From the human T2T-CHM13v2.0 reference genome, Homo sapiens, in NCBI RefSeq assembly GCF_009914755.1, contig NC_060925.1: 64,000 bases of DNA. The stretch is one strand, 5' to 3'. The notes beneath the pieces are model-generated. The model saw only the letters and a program-made list of their open reading frames with translations, had not been told where the DNA came from and searched no databases. Position numbers and translations under genes: made by a program. Position 1 is the stretch's first letter. Every line of letters starts with the position of its first letter. Of this stretch, positions 30,698-46,785 are shown one piece after another.

Positions 30698-30817
30698 AAG
30701 TTGGTGAGATGGCAAAGCAGTATATAGAGAAAAGTCTTTTGGTTCCAGACCATGTGATCACACGCCTAATGATGTCCGAGTTGGAGAACAGGCGTGGCCA
30801 GCACTGGCTCCTTGATG
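30698..30817 (+). CDS. AK4: Adenylate kinase 4, internal coding exon (NMP-binding region), 120 nt, phase 1-1
   Basis: Translates (E)VGEMAKQYIEKSLLVPDHVITRLMMSELENRRGQHWLLD(G), matching AK4 as I recall it. Polypyrimidine tract plus tag acceptor at 30695-30697; donor G|gtgagt at 30818. Confidence 0.97.
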
Positions 30818-33570
30818 GTGAGTTGAAACTGTGGGTAAACCGAATTTCTGGGAATAGTCAGTTAAGGTCTTGCACACTCCCTTAACTTCTTACCGAATGG
30901 AAAATGCCTTATTTTCTAAACTTTCTGTCATTTATTTAATATTGCAATTTGGCAACATGATAGGAACCCATTGTGGTGAAGCCTCTTATTTCTTCTGTCT
31001 CCAGATCACCATCATGAGAACCACTGACTTGAAGCAAATATTCACTAAATTTCTGTTATTGCTTCAGCCCTTTTGTTTCCGTAAGCCATCCTGAGTATAA
31101 CTCCTCTTCAATCAGAGGTTCTTTCATTCACCACAGGGCACACAAAATACAATTATGAGTTATTATTTTTCACCTGTCAGATTAACAGAGATAGAAGATC
31201 GGAAAATCCTTTATTGAGTATGTAGGAAACAAATACTGTTGAAAGTATAAAATGAGCAACCTTTGTAGAGCAGTTAGCATTATATATACTTTCTGATCCA
31301 GCAGTTCCATTCTGGATTTCTGCCTAAAGATGCAAGGAGGTTTATTTCAGCATTATTGGTAAATAAGAGGACATTATTACTGACACTATAAAAGAATCAT
31401 TATATATGTGGTATTCTGAGGACACAAAGAAGAAAATTATTCTGTTGGTAGGAGGAGGGGTTGGAACAACTGTATGGAAAGTGATGAATAGATAGATGGT
31501 CCTCAGATAGATGAGTGGGGATAGGGAAGGTAGGTTTTTTTTTTTCAGCAGAGGGACAATGTGAACAGGGTGAAAGGGGAATGAGTTATCTTAGTATTTT
31601 TTCTGAGCCTGCAAGCAGAGGTTGGCAGAGGAAATCCTGGGGTGGATAGCCTTTGATTTTGCCATAAAGATGGTGGAACTGGATTTTGTTGGCTTTAGGG
31701 AGCACTGAAGAGTTGTTAAGTAGGGGTATAATATGATCATATTTCTCTCAGAAAGACTATTCTGTTAGCAGCACAGGAGAGATTAGGTGCTGGGGCATGG
31801 AGGAGAGTTGTGACTACAAACCAGAGATCATTGGAATAACTGGACTAAGGGATGTCGAAGGCCTGAATTTAAGCAATAATAGCAGTGGGATGGAAAGGAG
31901 GCACCATTCATAAGAGAGTGGATTGAGGAAAAAGAATTGATAGGAGTTGTGGCTGATGTTAGGTACTACAGCCCCAGGGTTTTCTTTTATTGCCTTTCAG
32001 GCTTTTTGAGTTTCTCAGCTTTCATCACCCTCTCTGCCCTTACCTAGGCATGTTAATTTCTCTAGACTCTACTTTTAACTCACAGAAGTTAGCCCTTTTC
32101 TTAGTCTGTTTTCTGCTGCTACAACAGAGTACTTTGGACTGGGCAATTTATAAAGAAAAGAAATTTATTTCTCATGGTTCTAGAGGCTGGAAAGTCCAGG
32201 AGCATGGTGTCAGCATCTGATGAGGGCCTTCTTGCTGCATCATCCCATGGCAGAAGGCATCAAATGGGGAAGAAGTGCATGCCTCTGAGAGGGAATGGGA
32301 GCCGAACTTATCCTTTTATCAGGAGCCTATTGTTTTATCTAGAACCCACTTCTGTGATAAGAGCATTAACTCATTCATGAGGGCAGAGCCTTTGTGACCT
32401 AATTACCTCTTAAAGGCTCCATCTCCCATAACATTTCATTGCCAATTAAATTTCAACATGAGTTTTGGAGGGGACATTCAAACCTTAGCATTCTGCCCCT
32501 ACCCACCTCCCCCTCCAAAACAACTCGTGTCCTTCTCACATGCAAAATATATTCATTCTATCCTATTAGCCCCCAAAGTCTTAACTTAGCATCAACTCAA
32601 AAGTCCAAGCTAAATCAGACATGGGTGAGACTTATAAAGTACAATTCATCCTGAGACAAATTCCCTTCAGCTGTGAGCCTGTGAAATCAAAGCAAGTCAT
32701 CTACTTCCAAAATGCTATGGTAGGAAGGTGTATGATGGACATTCCCATTCCAAAGGAAGAAATAGGCAAGAAGAAAGGGGCAGGTGGTCACCGATAAGTC
32801 CAAAATCCAACAGGGGAGACATTAAGTCTTAAAGATGGGGAATAATCTCTGTGGACTCCATATTCTGCCTCCTGGGCACACTGGGATGGGAGTTGGGCTT
32901 CCAGGGCCTCAGAAGCCCCACCCTCTGTGGCTTTGCTGGGTTCAATCCACTCAGCAGCTCTCATGGGTTGGAGTTGTATACTGGTGGATTTACAGTTCTG
33001 GGGTGTTGACAGTGGCCCACTCCCATGGCTCCATTAGGCATTGCCCTAGTGGGGACTCTGGGGCAGCCTTGACCCTACAGTTCCACTGGGCATTGTCCTA
33101 ATGGGGGCTGTCTGCAGTGGCTCTGTTCTGCAATAGATTTCTGCCTGGGCCTACCAGGGGCATTCATTGAAATCTAGGTGGAGGAAGCCATGCTCTGTAG
33201 GTCTTGCATTCTGTGAGATGCCACCAAGGCTTATCCCTTTCTGAGCAGGTGGAGCCACGCCTGAAGCTGTTTGAGTTATGGTTGAGGAGGCCAAGGAATG
33301 CTATCCATCTTCTGAAACCATTCTACCCTCCTAGATCTCTGGGTCTGTGATGGGAGGGGCAGTCTGGAAGATCTCCGAAATGCCTTTTAGGTCTGTTGTC
33401 CATTGTCTTGATTGATAGCACCTGGCTTCCTTCTAGCCATGCTAATCTCTTTAGCAATAGGTTGTTTGACCACACACTTAATATTCCCTCTGGAACATGC
33501 TTTTCCACTCTTTACATGGCCATGCCGAGAATTTTCCAAATTCTTCTGTTTTGCTTCTCTTTTAACTATA

Positions 33571-34150
33571 TGGTTATCCCTCAGTATCTGCTGACAGTAA
33601 GGGGTGTGGGAAGGGATTGGTTCCAGGACCACTCCCTCATACCAAAATCCATGCTTACTCAAGCCCCACGGTCGGCCCTGTGGAACCCATGGGTATGAAA
33701 AGTCAGTCCTCCATGTGCAAGGGTTTTGCATCCTGCAAATACTGTATGCATTTGGTTGCGAATGTGGAACCCAGTGATATGGAGGCCCGACTGTATTTAT
33801 TGAAAAAATCCTTGGCCCATGTTGTGGCTCACACCTGTAATCCCAACACTTTGGGAAGCTGAGGTGGGCAGATCACTTGAGGCCAGGAGACCAGCGTGGG
33901 CAACATTGCAAAACCTCATCTCGACAAAAATTAGCCGGGTGTGGTGGCATGTGCCTATAATCCCAGCTACTTGGGAGCTGAGGTGAGAGGATCACTTTAG
34001 CCTGAGAGGTTGAGGCAGCAGTGAGGCATGATCACACCATTGCACTCCAGCCTGGATGACAGAGTGAGACCCTGTTTCAAAAGAAAAGAAAAAAATGTTT
34101 GTATAAAGTGTGCCCTCAGAGTTCAAACCCGTATCTTCAATGGTCAACTG
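33571..34150 (+). mobile_element. Tigger-family MITE (MER8-like) containing an Alu (33814-34095, +)
   Basis: gggattggttccaggacc...ataccaaaatcc...ggtcaactg with TA on both flanks. Confidence 0.75.
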
Positions 34151-34456
34151 TATTTGATTGTCTCTTTGCTCTCACATTGCATTTTATGCAATTAAAAGTA
34201 ACCACACAGCAGCTTGAAAGCTTTACTGCTTAAGATACTTCTTCCACCACATATCCTAGTTCATTGCTCTTAAGTTTTGCAGTCCATAAAGCCCTAGGGC
34301 ACAGACAAAATTTGTCAAGGTCTTTGTAACCGTATAACAAGAATAACCTTTACTCCAGTTTCTAATATGTTCTTTTCCATTTCTGTCTGAGATCTCATCA
34401 GAATGGACTTTACTGTCCAATTGCTGCTAATATGCCAGTCATGACCACTTGAGTAA

Positions 34457-34765
<309 letters not shown>

Positions 34766-36444
34766 TAAGAAGATTCAGACCTTCCCTACAGCTCCCCTCT
34801 TCTTCTGAGTCCTCATCAGAATTGCCCTTGATGCATCATTCATGGCAATCTAGGGTGTTACTAGCCGCTTCCTCCAAATTCTTCAGCCTCTACCCATTAC
34901 TTGGTTCCAAAGCTATGACCGCATTTTTAGGTATTTGTTATGGAAACAGCCCCACTCCTTGGTATCCATTTTTTGTCTTAGTCTGTTTTGTGCTGCTATA
35001 ACAGAACACCTCAGGTTGGGTAATTTATAAAGAAAATAAATTTATTTCTCACAGTTCTGGAGGCAGGGAAGAGTAAGACGATGGTTCTCACATTTGTTGG
35101 GAGCCTTCTTGCTGTGTGTTGGAAGGCAACACATGATGAGAAGGCTCACACAAGAGAGGGAATAAGGGGTTAAACTTACGCTTTTATCAGGAGCCCACTC
35201 CTGAGATAACCAACCCATTAATTCATCCATGAGGGCAGAGCTCTCATGACCTGATCATCTCTTAAAGGCCCCACCTCCCAATACCTTTAAATTGGCAATT
35301 AAATTTCAACATGAGTTTTGGAGAGAACATTCAAACTATAGCACCCCCCAGTGCTTTTTGTCTGGGTATTCATCATGACTGATAAACTTTGACTTTGCCA
35401 CCACGTAACAGTAATTTCTCTAGTTTACATTTTTAAATTGTGAGTCTTCTCATCTTGCAAAATGAATTTGTATAGTTTTAGGGAACTTAAAAATCTGTGT
35501 TTAAAAAGGATCATCTGTGTTAAACTCCCCTGGAAAGAGGGTTAGTGTGATAATTGAGAGCATGGACCCGGGTGCTGCCAGACTGCCTGACTTGAATCCC
35601 CGCTCTGCCACTTTCTGGCAGCCTGTGTGACCCTGGGCCTCTGGTTGCTCATGAAACACAAATTAGCAAAGAGGGGCAAAGTGAGCAAATATATGTAAAG
35701 TGCTTAAAAGAGTGCTTGCCTTATATAAGTGCTGTATGAGTGTTTGTCATTATTTTGTGACTAGTGTACAGGTCCTGAAGTTTTTTGGGTGGGGGTGACT
35801 ATTTGAAGTGTTCACTTCAAAAATAGCTCTAAAAGTATTTAGCCAGGCAGAATAAAAGTCAGTTTCAGTTATGGAATGTTTTCTCTATCTTTTCAGTGCT
35901 TGCTTTTGCCATGACTTCCTCTCAGGGTTGAATAACTGAAGTTCTTTGACATCATAGGCCTGTTTTAGTGAAGTACGTCATCCTCCCAAGTGATTTGGTT
36001 AGTATTTTTCTCCTTGAAAACCCATCTGGTCACTTTTTCAGTTGCGATTTTTCTTTAAAGCTCTGGAATAAATCCATTTGGCAAGGTGTGGAGTGCGAGG
36101 GATGCCTGGTTCCTATGTTCAGCTTTAGACTCCTTATGTTACACAGGCACATGCTCTGCGGAGGACGTGCCTGTTGAGCGTGCTAAAGGTGATTGAATGT
36201 GGAAAGGTCGAAAAAGGCATTCTGATGACAGATGACTCATCATCTTGGTCCATATGGCTGTAGAGAGGCATCCTGCAAATGGTGGGTGGAAATGAGTAGA
36301 GTGGATCCAAGCCAAGGGAACCCCAAGTGGGGATGTGGGGAGGGGAGGGAGGGTGAGTGTTCTGTGGTTTGGTCAGCTTTGCTCTTGCTAAAAAAAAAGT
36401 TCAGCACTACCTTCCCTTCACTGTGCTTTCCAGTTGGGTAAGAA

Positions 36445-36755
36445 ATATTCTTGTTTTGTTTTGTTTTGTTAGAGATGGAGTCTCTCTCTGTCACCCAGGC
36501 TGGAGTGCAGTGGCATATCTTGGTTCACTGCAACCTCTGCCTCCTGGGTTCAAGCGATTCTCCTTCCTCAGCCTCCTGAGTAGCTGGGATTACAGGTGCA
36601 CACCACCATGCCTGGCTAATTTTTTGTATTTTTAGTAGAGATGGGGTTGCACCATGTTTGCCAGGCTTGTCTTGAACTACTGGCCTCAAGTGATCTGCCT
36701 GCCTCGGCTGCCCAAAGTGCTGGGATTACAGGCATGAGCCACTGCACCTGGCTAA
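36445..36755 (-). mobile_element. AluS
   Basis: Reverse-complement dimer. Confidence 0.9.
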
Positions 36756-36781
36756 TTTTTCACTTTTTTAAAAAAGGGTCA

Positions 36782-37153
36782 CATATTAGACCGTTTTCAC
36801 ACTGCTGATAAAGACATACCCGAGACTGGGTAATTTATACAAGAAAAAGGGTTTAATGGACTTACAGTTCCACGTGGCTTGGGAGGCCTCACAATCGTGG
36901 CAGAAGGCAAGGAGGAGCAAATCACATCGTACCTGGATGGCAGCAGGCAAAGAGAGACAGCTTGGCAGGGAAACTCCCATTTTTAAAACTATCAGATCTC
37001 ATGAAACTTACTGACTATCATGAGAACAGCACGGAAAAGACCAGCCCCCATAATTCAGTTACCTCCTACCAGGTTCATCCCATGACACGTGGGAATTGTG
37101 GGAGCTACAGTTCAAAGATGAGACTTGGGTGGGGACACAGCCAAACCACATCA
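36782..37153 (-). mobile_element. THE1 solo LTR (THE1A/B-like)
   Basis: ctgctgataaagacatacccgagactggg...gggtggggacacagccaaaccacatca; 5-bp TSD ggtca/ggcca. Confidence 0.9.
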
Positions 37154-38784
37154 GGCCAGCAGTGAGGTATAGCCATAGAGAGAGATGTATTAGTAACTGT
37201 TTTTTTTCGTTTCTAAACTTGCCTGCTTACTTGTGCCTTGAAATAGTAATCTAGAAGTTCCCCAAATCGGTTCTAATTTATCTTTATGTACCAAGATGTA
37301 GTAGAATTATCTGCCATATGATTTTAGGGGTAACTATCAAAATATTTTAAACTGGTATTTCAAAGTTTGGTTTTGTAGAAAACAACCTTAAATTTTGGAA
37401 TTGTAAATGAAATGTAATTTAATCCTTTTCATTGGTAATAATGATAACCTTTAGCACGAGAGTCATCATTTTGTCCATAGTTGTATTTAGAACCTGGTTT
37501 GTTTGTTTCATTCTGTGCAATGTTGAACACTAACAAGTGCTTTCTGAAGGTAATTCTGTTTTTAGCATAAGTCAGAGTTGTTTGAATGTGTGCAGTGTTT
37601 GTGTCTATTTTCCCTGAGAGCTAAATGATTTCAGACTTGAGATGTTCCTGGCTACGCACTCACTTAGAGCCCTTGGTGTAGGTGTATGATCAGAAACTAA
37701 ACTATAGATGCTGGAGCCAGAGTATTTTGCCTTGATTTTGCGAATGTGTTTTACCATACGAGGCTAGTACATAACAACTCTGACCTTATCCTCTCCACAT
37801 TTTTCCTTCTGATTCAGACCTCTGAGGAGTGTCACATCCCACTGGGCGACATATGTCTATAGAAAAAAGCCAACAGTATCTTCTGAATCACATCTTTTAG
37901 GAAATGCCAAGGGTAATTTTTTTTCTTCTGTTGCCCTTGTGAGTCTAGGGTATCTTTCAAGAATAAAGTGTATAATAGATTTGTTTAGAAGGTTACTGAA
38001 GAATTCTGCTTTCATAATTAAAAAAACAGCTTTTTCTTCCTGTGTGTATGTGTTTATGTGTAGGAGGGCAGTAGTTTATCTTAGTCATTTATCTTTAAAT
38101 ATTTAGCCGTGAAAAATCATAGCCACATAACCCTTCTATCTCAGGTTGTTACTAAGGCAGTGATGTATATTCTGGTATCTTGAATGGAAAGTTTAAAGCA
38201 ATTGTGGTGATTTCTAAAGAATGAAGAATAGTTGTAAAATTTGTGGAGCTCTACTAGGGTGCTGTGGCCATCTATGCCTGCCAAATGTGGATTGCACAAT
38301 TAAAATGTTTGGTTCCTCACTGGGATTGTTCTTCTTGACATAACCATGATTTGCCCCTCTCATTGTAGCTCTGTTCATTCAGTAAGCATTATTATATCTA
38401 ATGGGTCCTGAATATTTCTAAAGTGAATAAAGTGCAAGTATGACTAACTTTGCACTAGGCTGGTGACAGTGAAGAAGAATGTGTGGAAAAGAAGGATTAG
38501 AGGTAGACTAAGCTTGTCAGGGAGCTCCTGACATAGGAGGGTTCAGAGACATATATTCAGCCACACATGGTACAGGTGAGGTGTTCCAAGAGGTAAGTGG
38601 AATGATTTTTGCAAGTAAGGAGTGGCATTTTTGGTCAAAATGATTGCATGAAAAAAGATGGGTGTGTGTTTAGATTAGTCTTAGCGCTACATTTTTGGAA
38701 ACTCTATCCATGCCCCAAGACAATGTAAATATGCCTGACAGTTTTTTTTTTTTCATCATCCAAAATTCTGATTTGAGGAGACAG

Positions 38785-39092
38785 TTGGGTGTGGTAGCTT
38801 ATGCTTGTAATCCCAGCAGTTTGGGAGACAGAGGCAGGAGGATCACTTGAGCCCAGGAGTTTGAGACCAGCCTGGGCAACACGATGAAAGCCCTCTCTAC
38901 AAAAATATAGAAAAATTACCTGGGCATGGTGGTGCATGCCTGTCTATACTCACAGCTTGTCAGAGGCTGAGGTGGGAGGATCACCTGAGCCTGAACCTGG
39001 GGAGGTCAAAGCTGCAGTGAGCCGAGATTGTGCCACTGCACTCCAGCCTGGGCAACAGAGCGAGACTCCGCCTCAAAAAAAAAAAAAAAAAA
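38785..39092 (+). mobile_element. AluJ
   Basis: Dimer with polyA. Confidence 0.9.
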
Positions 39093-39254
39093 GAATTTGG
39101 GCAGTGACCCTTAGATGAATGTTATTTTCTTTGTTGGCATTTTCCCCCCTGGACTTTGAAGGTAGAGTTTGATCAAGGCATTTCTTTACTGTGTGTTTGC
39201 ATGAAGGATCAGCAGTTATTTGTTGAGTTTGGTTTGCATAAAAAAATTATTTTT

Positions 39255-39562
<308 letters not shown>

Positions 39563-39695
39563 ATTTGTAACCAGATAACTGTAACAGTGTTCCCCTGAAT
39601 GCTGTGTCTTTAAGTTTGTGTTGTAAAGTAGGTTTGACAATTTTTATCATGTTAGAAGAAAGAATTGTAAAACCCAAGACCTATGTTTGATTATA

Positions 39696-39932
39696 TAGCT
39701 TGAGTATCTCTTATCCAGAATGCTCGGGACCAGAAGTATTTTGGATTTCAGATTTTTTGGATTTTAGAATGTCTGCCTTATACTTACTGGTTGGGTATCT
39801 CTAATCCAAAAAAATGCAAAATCTGAGATGCTCCAATAGGCATTTTCTTTGAGGATCAAGTTGGCACTCAAAATTTTGGATTTTGGAGCATTTCAGATTT
39901 CAGATTTTCCTATTAGAGATACTCGTACTTTC
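39696..39932. mobile_element. Tigger4a/MER46-like MITE
   Basis: ttgagtatctcttatccagaatgctcgggaccagaagt...ggagcatttcagatttcagatttt...gatactc. Confidence 0.8.
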
Positions 39933-40033
39933 TAACATGATAAGTATTTGGATATTCTCAAATAAAATAATTTGTAGACATATAATTAATTTCAAGTTAA
40001 ATAGTGCACTAAGAGAGACCACATGACTGCTAG

Positions 40034-40402
<369 letters not shown>

Positions 40403-40735
40403 TAGGTAACAGTTTTCTAAACAGAGTAATACTGGTTGAATTACACAGGAAATACCACTATTCAGTGGGGTTAAGTTATGAAGAGACATTTGGGTGACAT
40501 GTGACCTGAAATTTTAGCACACTGCCATCTTCTTACACACTTTATCCAAAGTACACAGCCTGATCAGACTTTGTATCTAGCTGCTGATTGCACTGAAGCT
40601 ATTGCAACTCCTTTGTTAATGCTCCCAGGTGATCGCATGCATTTCTTCTGGTGCTAAGCATTCATAATTTTCGATAAGTATTTATTGATCAGCAGCTGTG
40701 TGCCAGACACCACAGTAGAGCAACAAAGAGACTAG

Positions 40736-41080
<345 letters not shown>

Positions 41081-42103
41081 GTTTTCAGCTTTTTTGCTAC
41101 CCTAGGCAGTGAGGGTTATCTTTAATTTCTTTAATTTAAATCAAAACCCTGATAACTCACTTTTTCTCTTAGTGACTTTTCCTACGTTCTGCACCCTTGC
41201 TGTCAATATGAGCTCAGAGTAGCTGACTGAAAAACATGATAAAGCCTTGGATCTCTTCTCTTTCTCATTTGTTATAGATTCTGTCCTGCGTTCGTGTCCT
41301 CCATGTCCATTTCCAGTGTTTTTCTTCTGATTGAACTGACTGCTGCTTTGGGGTGAGGAACAGTTGTACCACAGTATAGTAGACAATGGTGGCTTATCTT
41401 ATGTGTGTCTCAGAGATTGACTAGATTTTAACATTAAGGAACATTAAGGGGACAATATGGAAAACATATGTATACACATATTTGACTGGACCCTAGCAAA
41501 GCTTGGTTCATGGATCAATAAACAAATTGAGTATACATTTTTTGTGTCTTGATAAGCTAGGCATCCGTCATTCCCAAGAGGGAGTAGCATGCTTCCTGAC
41601 CTCATAGTCCAGGAGTGCCGCACAAATGGTTGCAGAATAGGTAGGGTCTTGGGAGCACCAGTGAAGAGAGAGTGAAAGGTGATGGCTGGCGCAGAGAGGG
41701 AAGTAACTGACCCTCTTTTGAAGGTGAGGGAGGCAGGTATTAGGAAGGCTTCCTGGAGAAGCTGACACCCAGAACCATAATTGGAAGGTGGGAATGAAGC
41801 ACATTTTAGAGGGAGGGAAGATCACATGGAAAAGCTCTAGAGGTATGAAACAACATGGTGTATTCTGGAAACCACAAGTAGTTGGGTAACCCTGGAGCTA
41901 AAAATATGAGCAGATGAGGCTGGACAAGTGGACAGGGGCAAAAGTTAACCTTTCATGAAATTTAGAAACAGGGAGTTGAGTAAGCATCAAAGTTAATATT
42001 AAAAATGAGGGGGAGTTAAAAGTAAAATTTAAAACTTTGAGTTTAAAAGTGTGAACAACATATTTTTAAACTCTACTTCCAACATTTAAAAATTAACTGG
42101 ATT

Positions 42104-42492
<389 letters not shown>

Positions 42493-42854
42493 TTACATGT
42501 TCAGATGCACCTAGCCCATTTGCCATTGCTGCTTAATTAGAAGTTGATAAAGTAAGGTACAGGATGAAATACTTCAACTCCTAAGTTTAGGTGTTAGGAG
42601 AACCTGCTTCCCTAATTTATGAAACAGGTAATTCATCCAGTTCCTGGGAATTGGATGAATTAAGAAAATTCATTACAAAGCATCATTCAAGGCATTTGAG
42701 GGCATACTTTGCTAATTGCTAATTTAATAATAATTATTGTGCACTTACAATGCACAAACCATGATGCTAAGAAGACATTAACATGATAGAAAAAGCATGG
42801 GTTTATGAATCAGACCTGAATATCAGTCTGTAACTTACAAGCTGCTGTGTAGTC

Positions 42855-43160
42855 TTTTTTTTTTTTTTTTTTTTTTTTAAGATGGGGTTGTGCTCTGTCA
42901 CCCAGACTGGAGTGTAGTGGCACCATCATAGCTCACTGCAGCCTCAAACTGGGTTCAAGTGATTGATCCTCCCATCTCAGCTCCCTGAGTAGCTGAGACT
43001 ACAGATGCAGGCCACTACGCCTGGCCAATTTTAAAACTTGTTGTAGAAATGGGATTTTGCTATGTTGCCCAGGCTAGTCTTGAACTCCTATCCTCAAGCA
43101 ATCCTCCTGTCTCAGCCCCTCAGAGTGCTGAGATTACAGTCATGAGCCACTGTGCCGAGT
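42855..43160 (-). mobile_element. AluJ inside a MIR (~42790-43300)
   Basis: Flanking repeat tgtRtagtctt. Confidence 0.85.
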
Positions 43161-43510
43161 TGTATAGTCTTGAGCAAGCAAAGTTTTCTTTCTTGGATTC
43201 TTTTTCTTCATCCATGAAATTAGCACGTTCATGGCATAGGTTTGTGAGGATTGACTAACAAATGTAAAACTCTTAGTGGAGTTCTGGAAAATAGGTCATC
43301 AAATGGTAGACATTTGATATTATTATTTATTATAATTGATTTTAAGCTCCAATAGAAATACCTTGATACTTACATAGATGTTAGGACTTAACATTTCAAT
43401 AATAACTTACTGAGAAACTTCACAAAAAATACTGTCATTCTAATGAATAAGGATCAACATATTCACCCCTCATAAAGCACATTTGGGCAAAGCATAAAAC
43501 CACCCCTCTT

Positions 43511-43810
<300 letters not shown>

Positions 43811-44082
43811 ACCCCTCCTCCATTAAACCTTGTGTAGTAATGTAAAACAAAACAATGTAAAACTCTTGATTGTCCTGTCACCAGTAAGAGAACCCAGATT
43901 TTGGAGAGATGGACAGGTTGATTAGGGCTAAAGGGAGAATGAGATGTGGAAAACTGCAGAGAATTTAATTTTATCTTTTTCTGTAATACATGATCACTAT
44001 AAAACATCCAAGCCATATGGAAAAATGCAACGGAAAGCAACAAATCACCTGAAATTCCACCAGCCAGAAACAACCAGGGTGA

Positions 44083-44490
<408 letters not shown>

Positions 44491-45214
44491 TAATTTTACT
44501 CAAATTTAACAGTAACAAAACTAAAGTGAACCTGAAGGAGTTATTACGGAGCTTCAGATAAATCTTTGTTCATCACCAAGGATATTAATTCCTGTGAGAG
44601 CTCTTCAACATTATAAAAGCCACTGGGAGACTGACATATTTGTTTTCTTTTGTTTTAAATTCACATTTCAAATTTAGACAGGAGGCATTGTCTCCACAGT
44701 GAACCCTGAGGGAACTTATACTTCCTTTAACCTCCTCTTACCCTTCATCTCTCCCAGTTTTTGTTGGCTTTTGTCATTAAAAATTTATTACAGTTTTCTT
44801 CTGCAAATGTAATTCCTCAGTTTCTTACATTAAAAAAATTTAGGTGAATTCTGTGCACTGGTTCTTTTACCCACCTCTACTCATTTTATTTTGATTAATC
44901 TCTTGGTTATATCTCTGTGAATATACTAGAAATCATTGAAATGTACACTTTAAATGAATTAATTGTATGGTACGTGAACTGTATCTGAGTAAAGGTGCAC
45001 TGCTGTTTAACACAGCTTTTTCATTCAACACTGGGTTGACTGGATTTTGCTGGATATTTTTTTCGTCCCTCCCTCCTCTCCCCTCCCTGCAGAAGAGCTC
45101 ATAATATGTTTGAGAATGTCTAATTTTTTAAAATTAGCTAACTGATATTTTTGAGTTGTTCTTGTGTCTTTCAAAACATTGCAACCATTGTTACATTTTC
45201 TTCTGGCCTGGTTC

Positions 45215-45525
45215 CCCATTTTATTTTATTTTTATTTGTTAAATAGAGACAGGTCTTGCTCTGGCACCCAGGCAAGAGTGCGATGGTGCAGTCGTGTTAA
45301 TAGCTTGCTGCACTCTCAAACTCCTGGATCCTCCCGCCTCAGCCTCCCAAGTAGCTAGGACTACAGGTGTATGCTGCTGTGCCCAGCTAGTTTTTTATTT
45401 TTTGTTTAGACAGGGTCTTGCTATGTTGCCCAGGCTGGTCTTGAACTCTTAGGCTCAAGCAATCTTCCTGCCTCAGCTCTCCAAAGTACTTGGATTTACA
45501 GGCGTGAGCCACTATGCACAGCCCT
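45215..45525 (-). mobile_element. AluJ
   Basis: Reverse-complement dimer. Confidence 0.85.
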
Positions 45526-46454
45526 TTTCCACCTGTTTCAAGGTGATTTTTTTTCACCCCGTATAGACTTTCTAAAGAGTTATTTCTTCATACTTGAAGT
45601 CAGTAGAATAACTTGATGTTGTTGTTATTTATTTATGTCCTATATAGAGTGTATCCTCCTGATCTGCAATTCAGTTCTTTCCTTTCAGGGAAGTTTTCCT
45701 GTGTTATATCCTTTTTGTCATTTGTTCAGATTTCTATTTCAATAATACTAGTTATATTGGATATTCTATTGACTATTTTTTGTCTTTATACTTTAAATTT
45801 TTCTTGCTTCTGTGTTTCCTTCTACTTTCAGGCACACTCATATCTTTTATTTTGAGGGCAGGAGAGAATGAAACTTTGTTTATATTCCATAACTGTTTGA
45901 TTATTTTTCAACCTGTATGTGCCATGCACCTGTGCTGTGGGCCCTTGCACTTACTGTTCCCTCTACCGGCAGTGCCCTGTCTCCAGATATCCGTGTGGAT
46001 CGCTGGATACAGATCCCTACACAGATAACCCTTCCTCAGAAGGTCTGTCTTGTACCATTCTGTCTACCTACGTCACTCTCCTTACATTATTATAATGTGA
46101 CATTATGTATTTATGAGCATATTCGATTTTCCATTCCTCCCCTATCCCTCCACCCCCAGTGCAGGCCCCAGAAAGCACAGGTTATATCCATTTTGTTCAT
46201 GGCTATATTGCCAGTACCTATAACAGTGCTTGGCATATAGTAAAGACTTGTACATCCAGTTGCAGACAGGTCATGCCTGCAATCTGTAGCTGAGCCTTTA
46301 GAAGGTATACTTGAATTCTGTTACTTTTCTGGGGATAAAAATATGGGCCTATGGTGAAATCATTTACAAATTTCTTTAGTCTTAATTGAGATACAGTGGG
46401 ACCGGTTTTCCCCTAATTTGTGTATGGGGACTTATATTCAAAGAACAAGCAAGC

Positions 46455-46785
46455 AGGCCGGACGCGGTGGCTTGTGCCTATAATCCCAGCACTTTGAGAG
46501 GCCAAAGAGGAGAATCACTTGAGTCCAGCCTGGTTAACAAAGCCAGACCCCATCTGCGTGTGCGTGTGTGCACGTGCGTGCGCACACACACAAACACACA
46601 CACACAAAACCAATGTCCAGGTGTGGCGATGTTTGCTTGTAGTCCAGCTACTTGGGTGGGGGGTGGCTGAGGCAAGAGGAACCCTTAAGCCCAGGAGTTA
46701 GAGATTGCAGTGAGCTATGATCGCATCACTGCCCTCCTTCCTGGGTGACAGCGAGACCCTGTCTCAAACAAAACAAAAGAAACAA
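46455..46785 (+). mobile_element. AluJ with an alternating purine-pyrimidine repeat in the linker
   Basis: gcgtgtgcgtgtgtgcacgtgcgtgcgcacacaca replaces the A-rich linker. Confidence 0.85.

Noticed and set aside
30664-30885. 73-aa ORF as a stand-alone gene (likewise 58721-58975)
   Set aside because: These are AK4 exons extended into intron sequence from non-ATG starts; the true limits are the splice sites.
39696-39932. Novel hairpin ncRNA
   Set aside because: The self-complementarity is explained by the terminal inverted repeats of a Tigger4a-like MITE.
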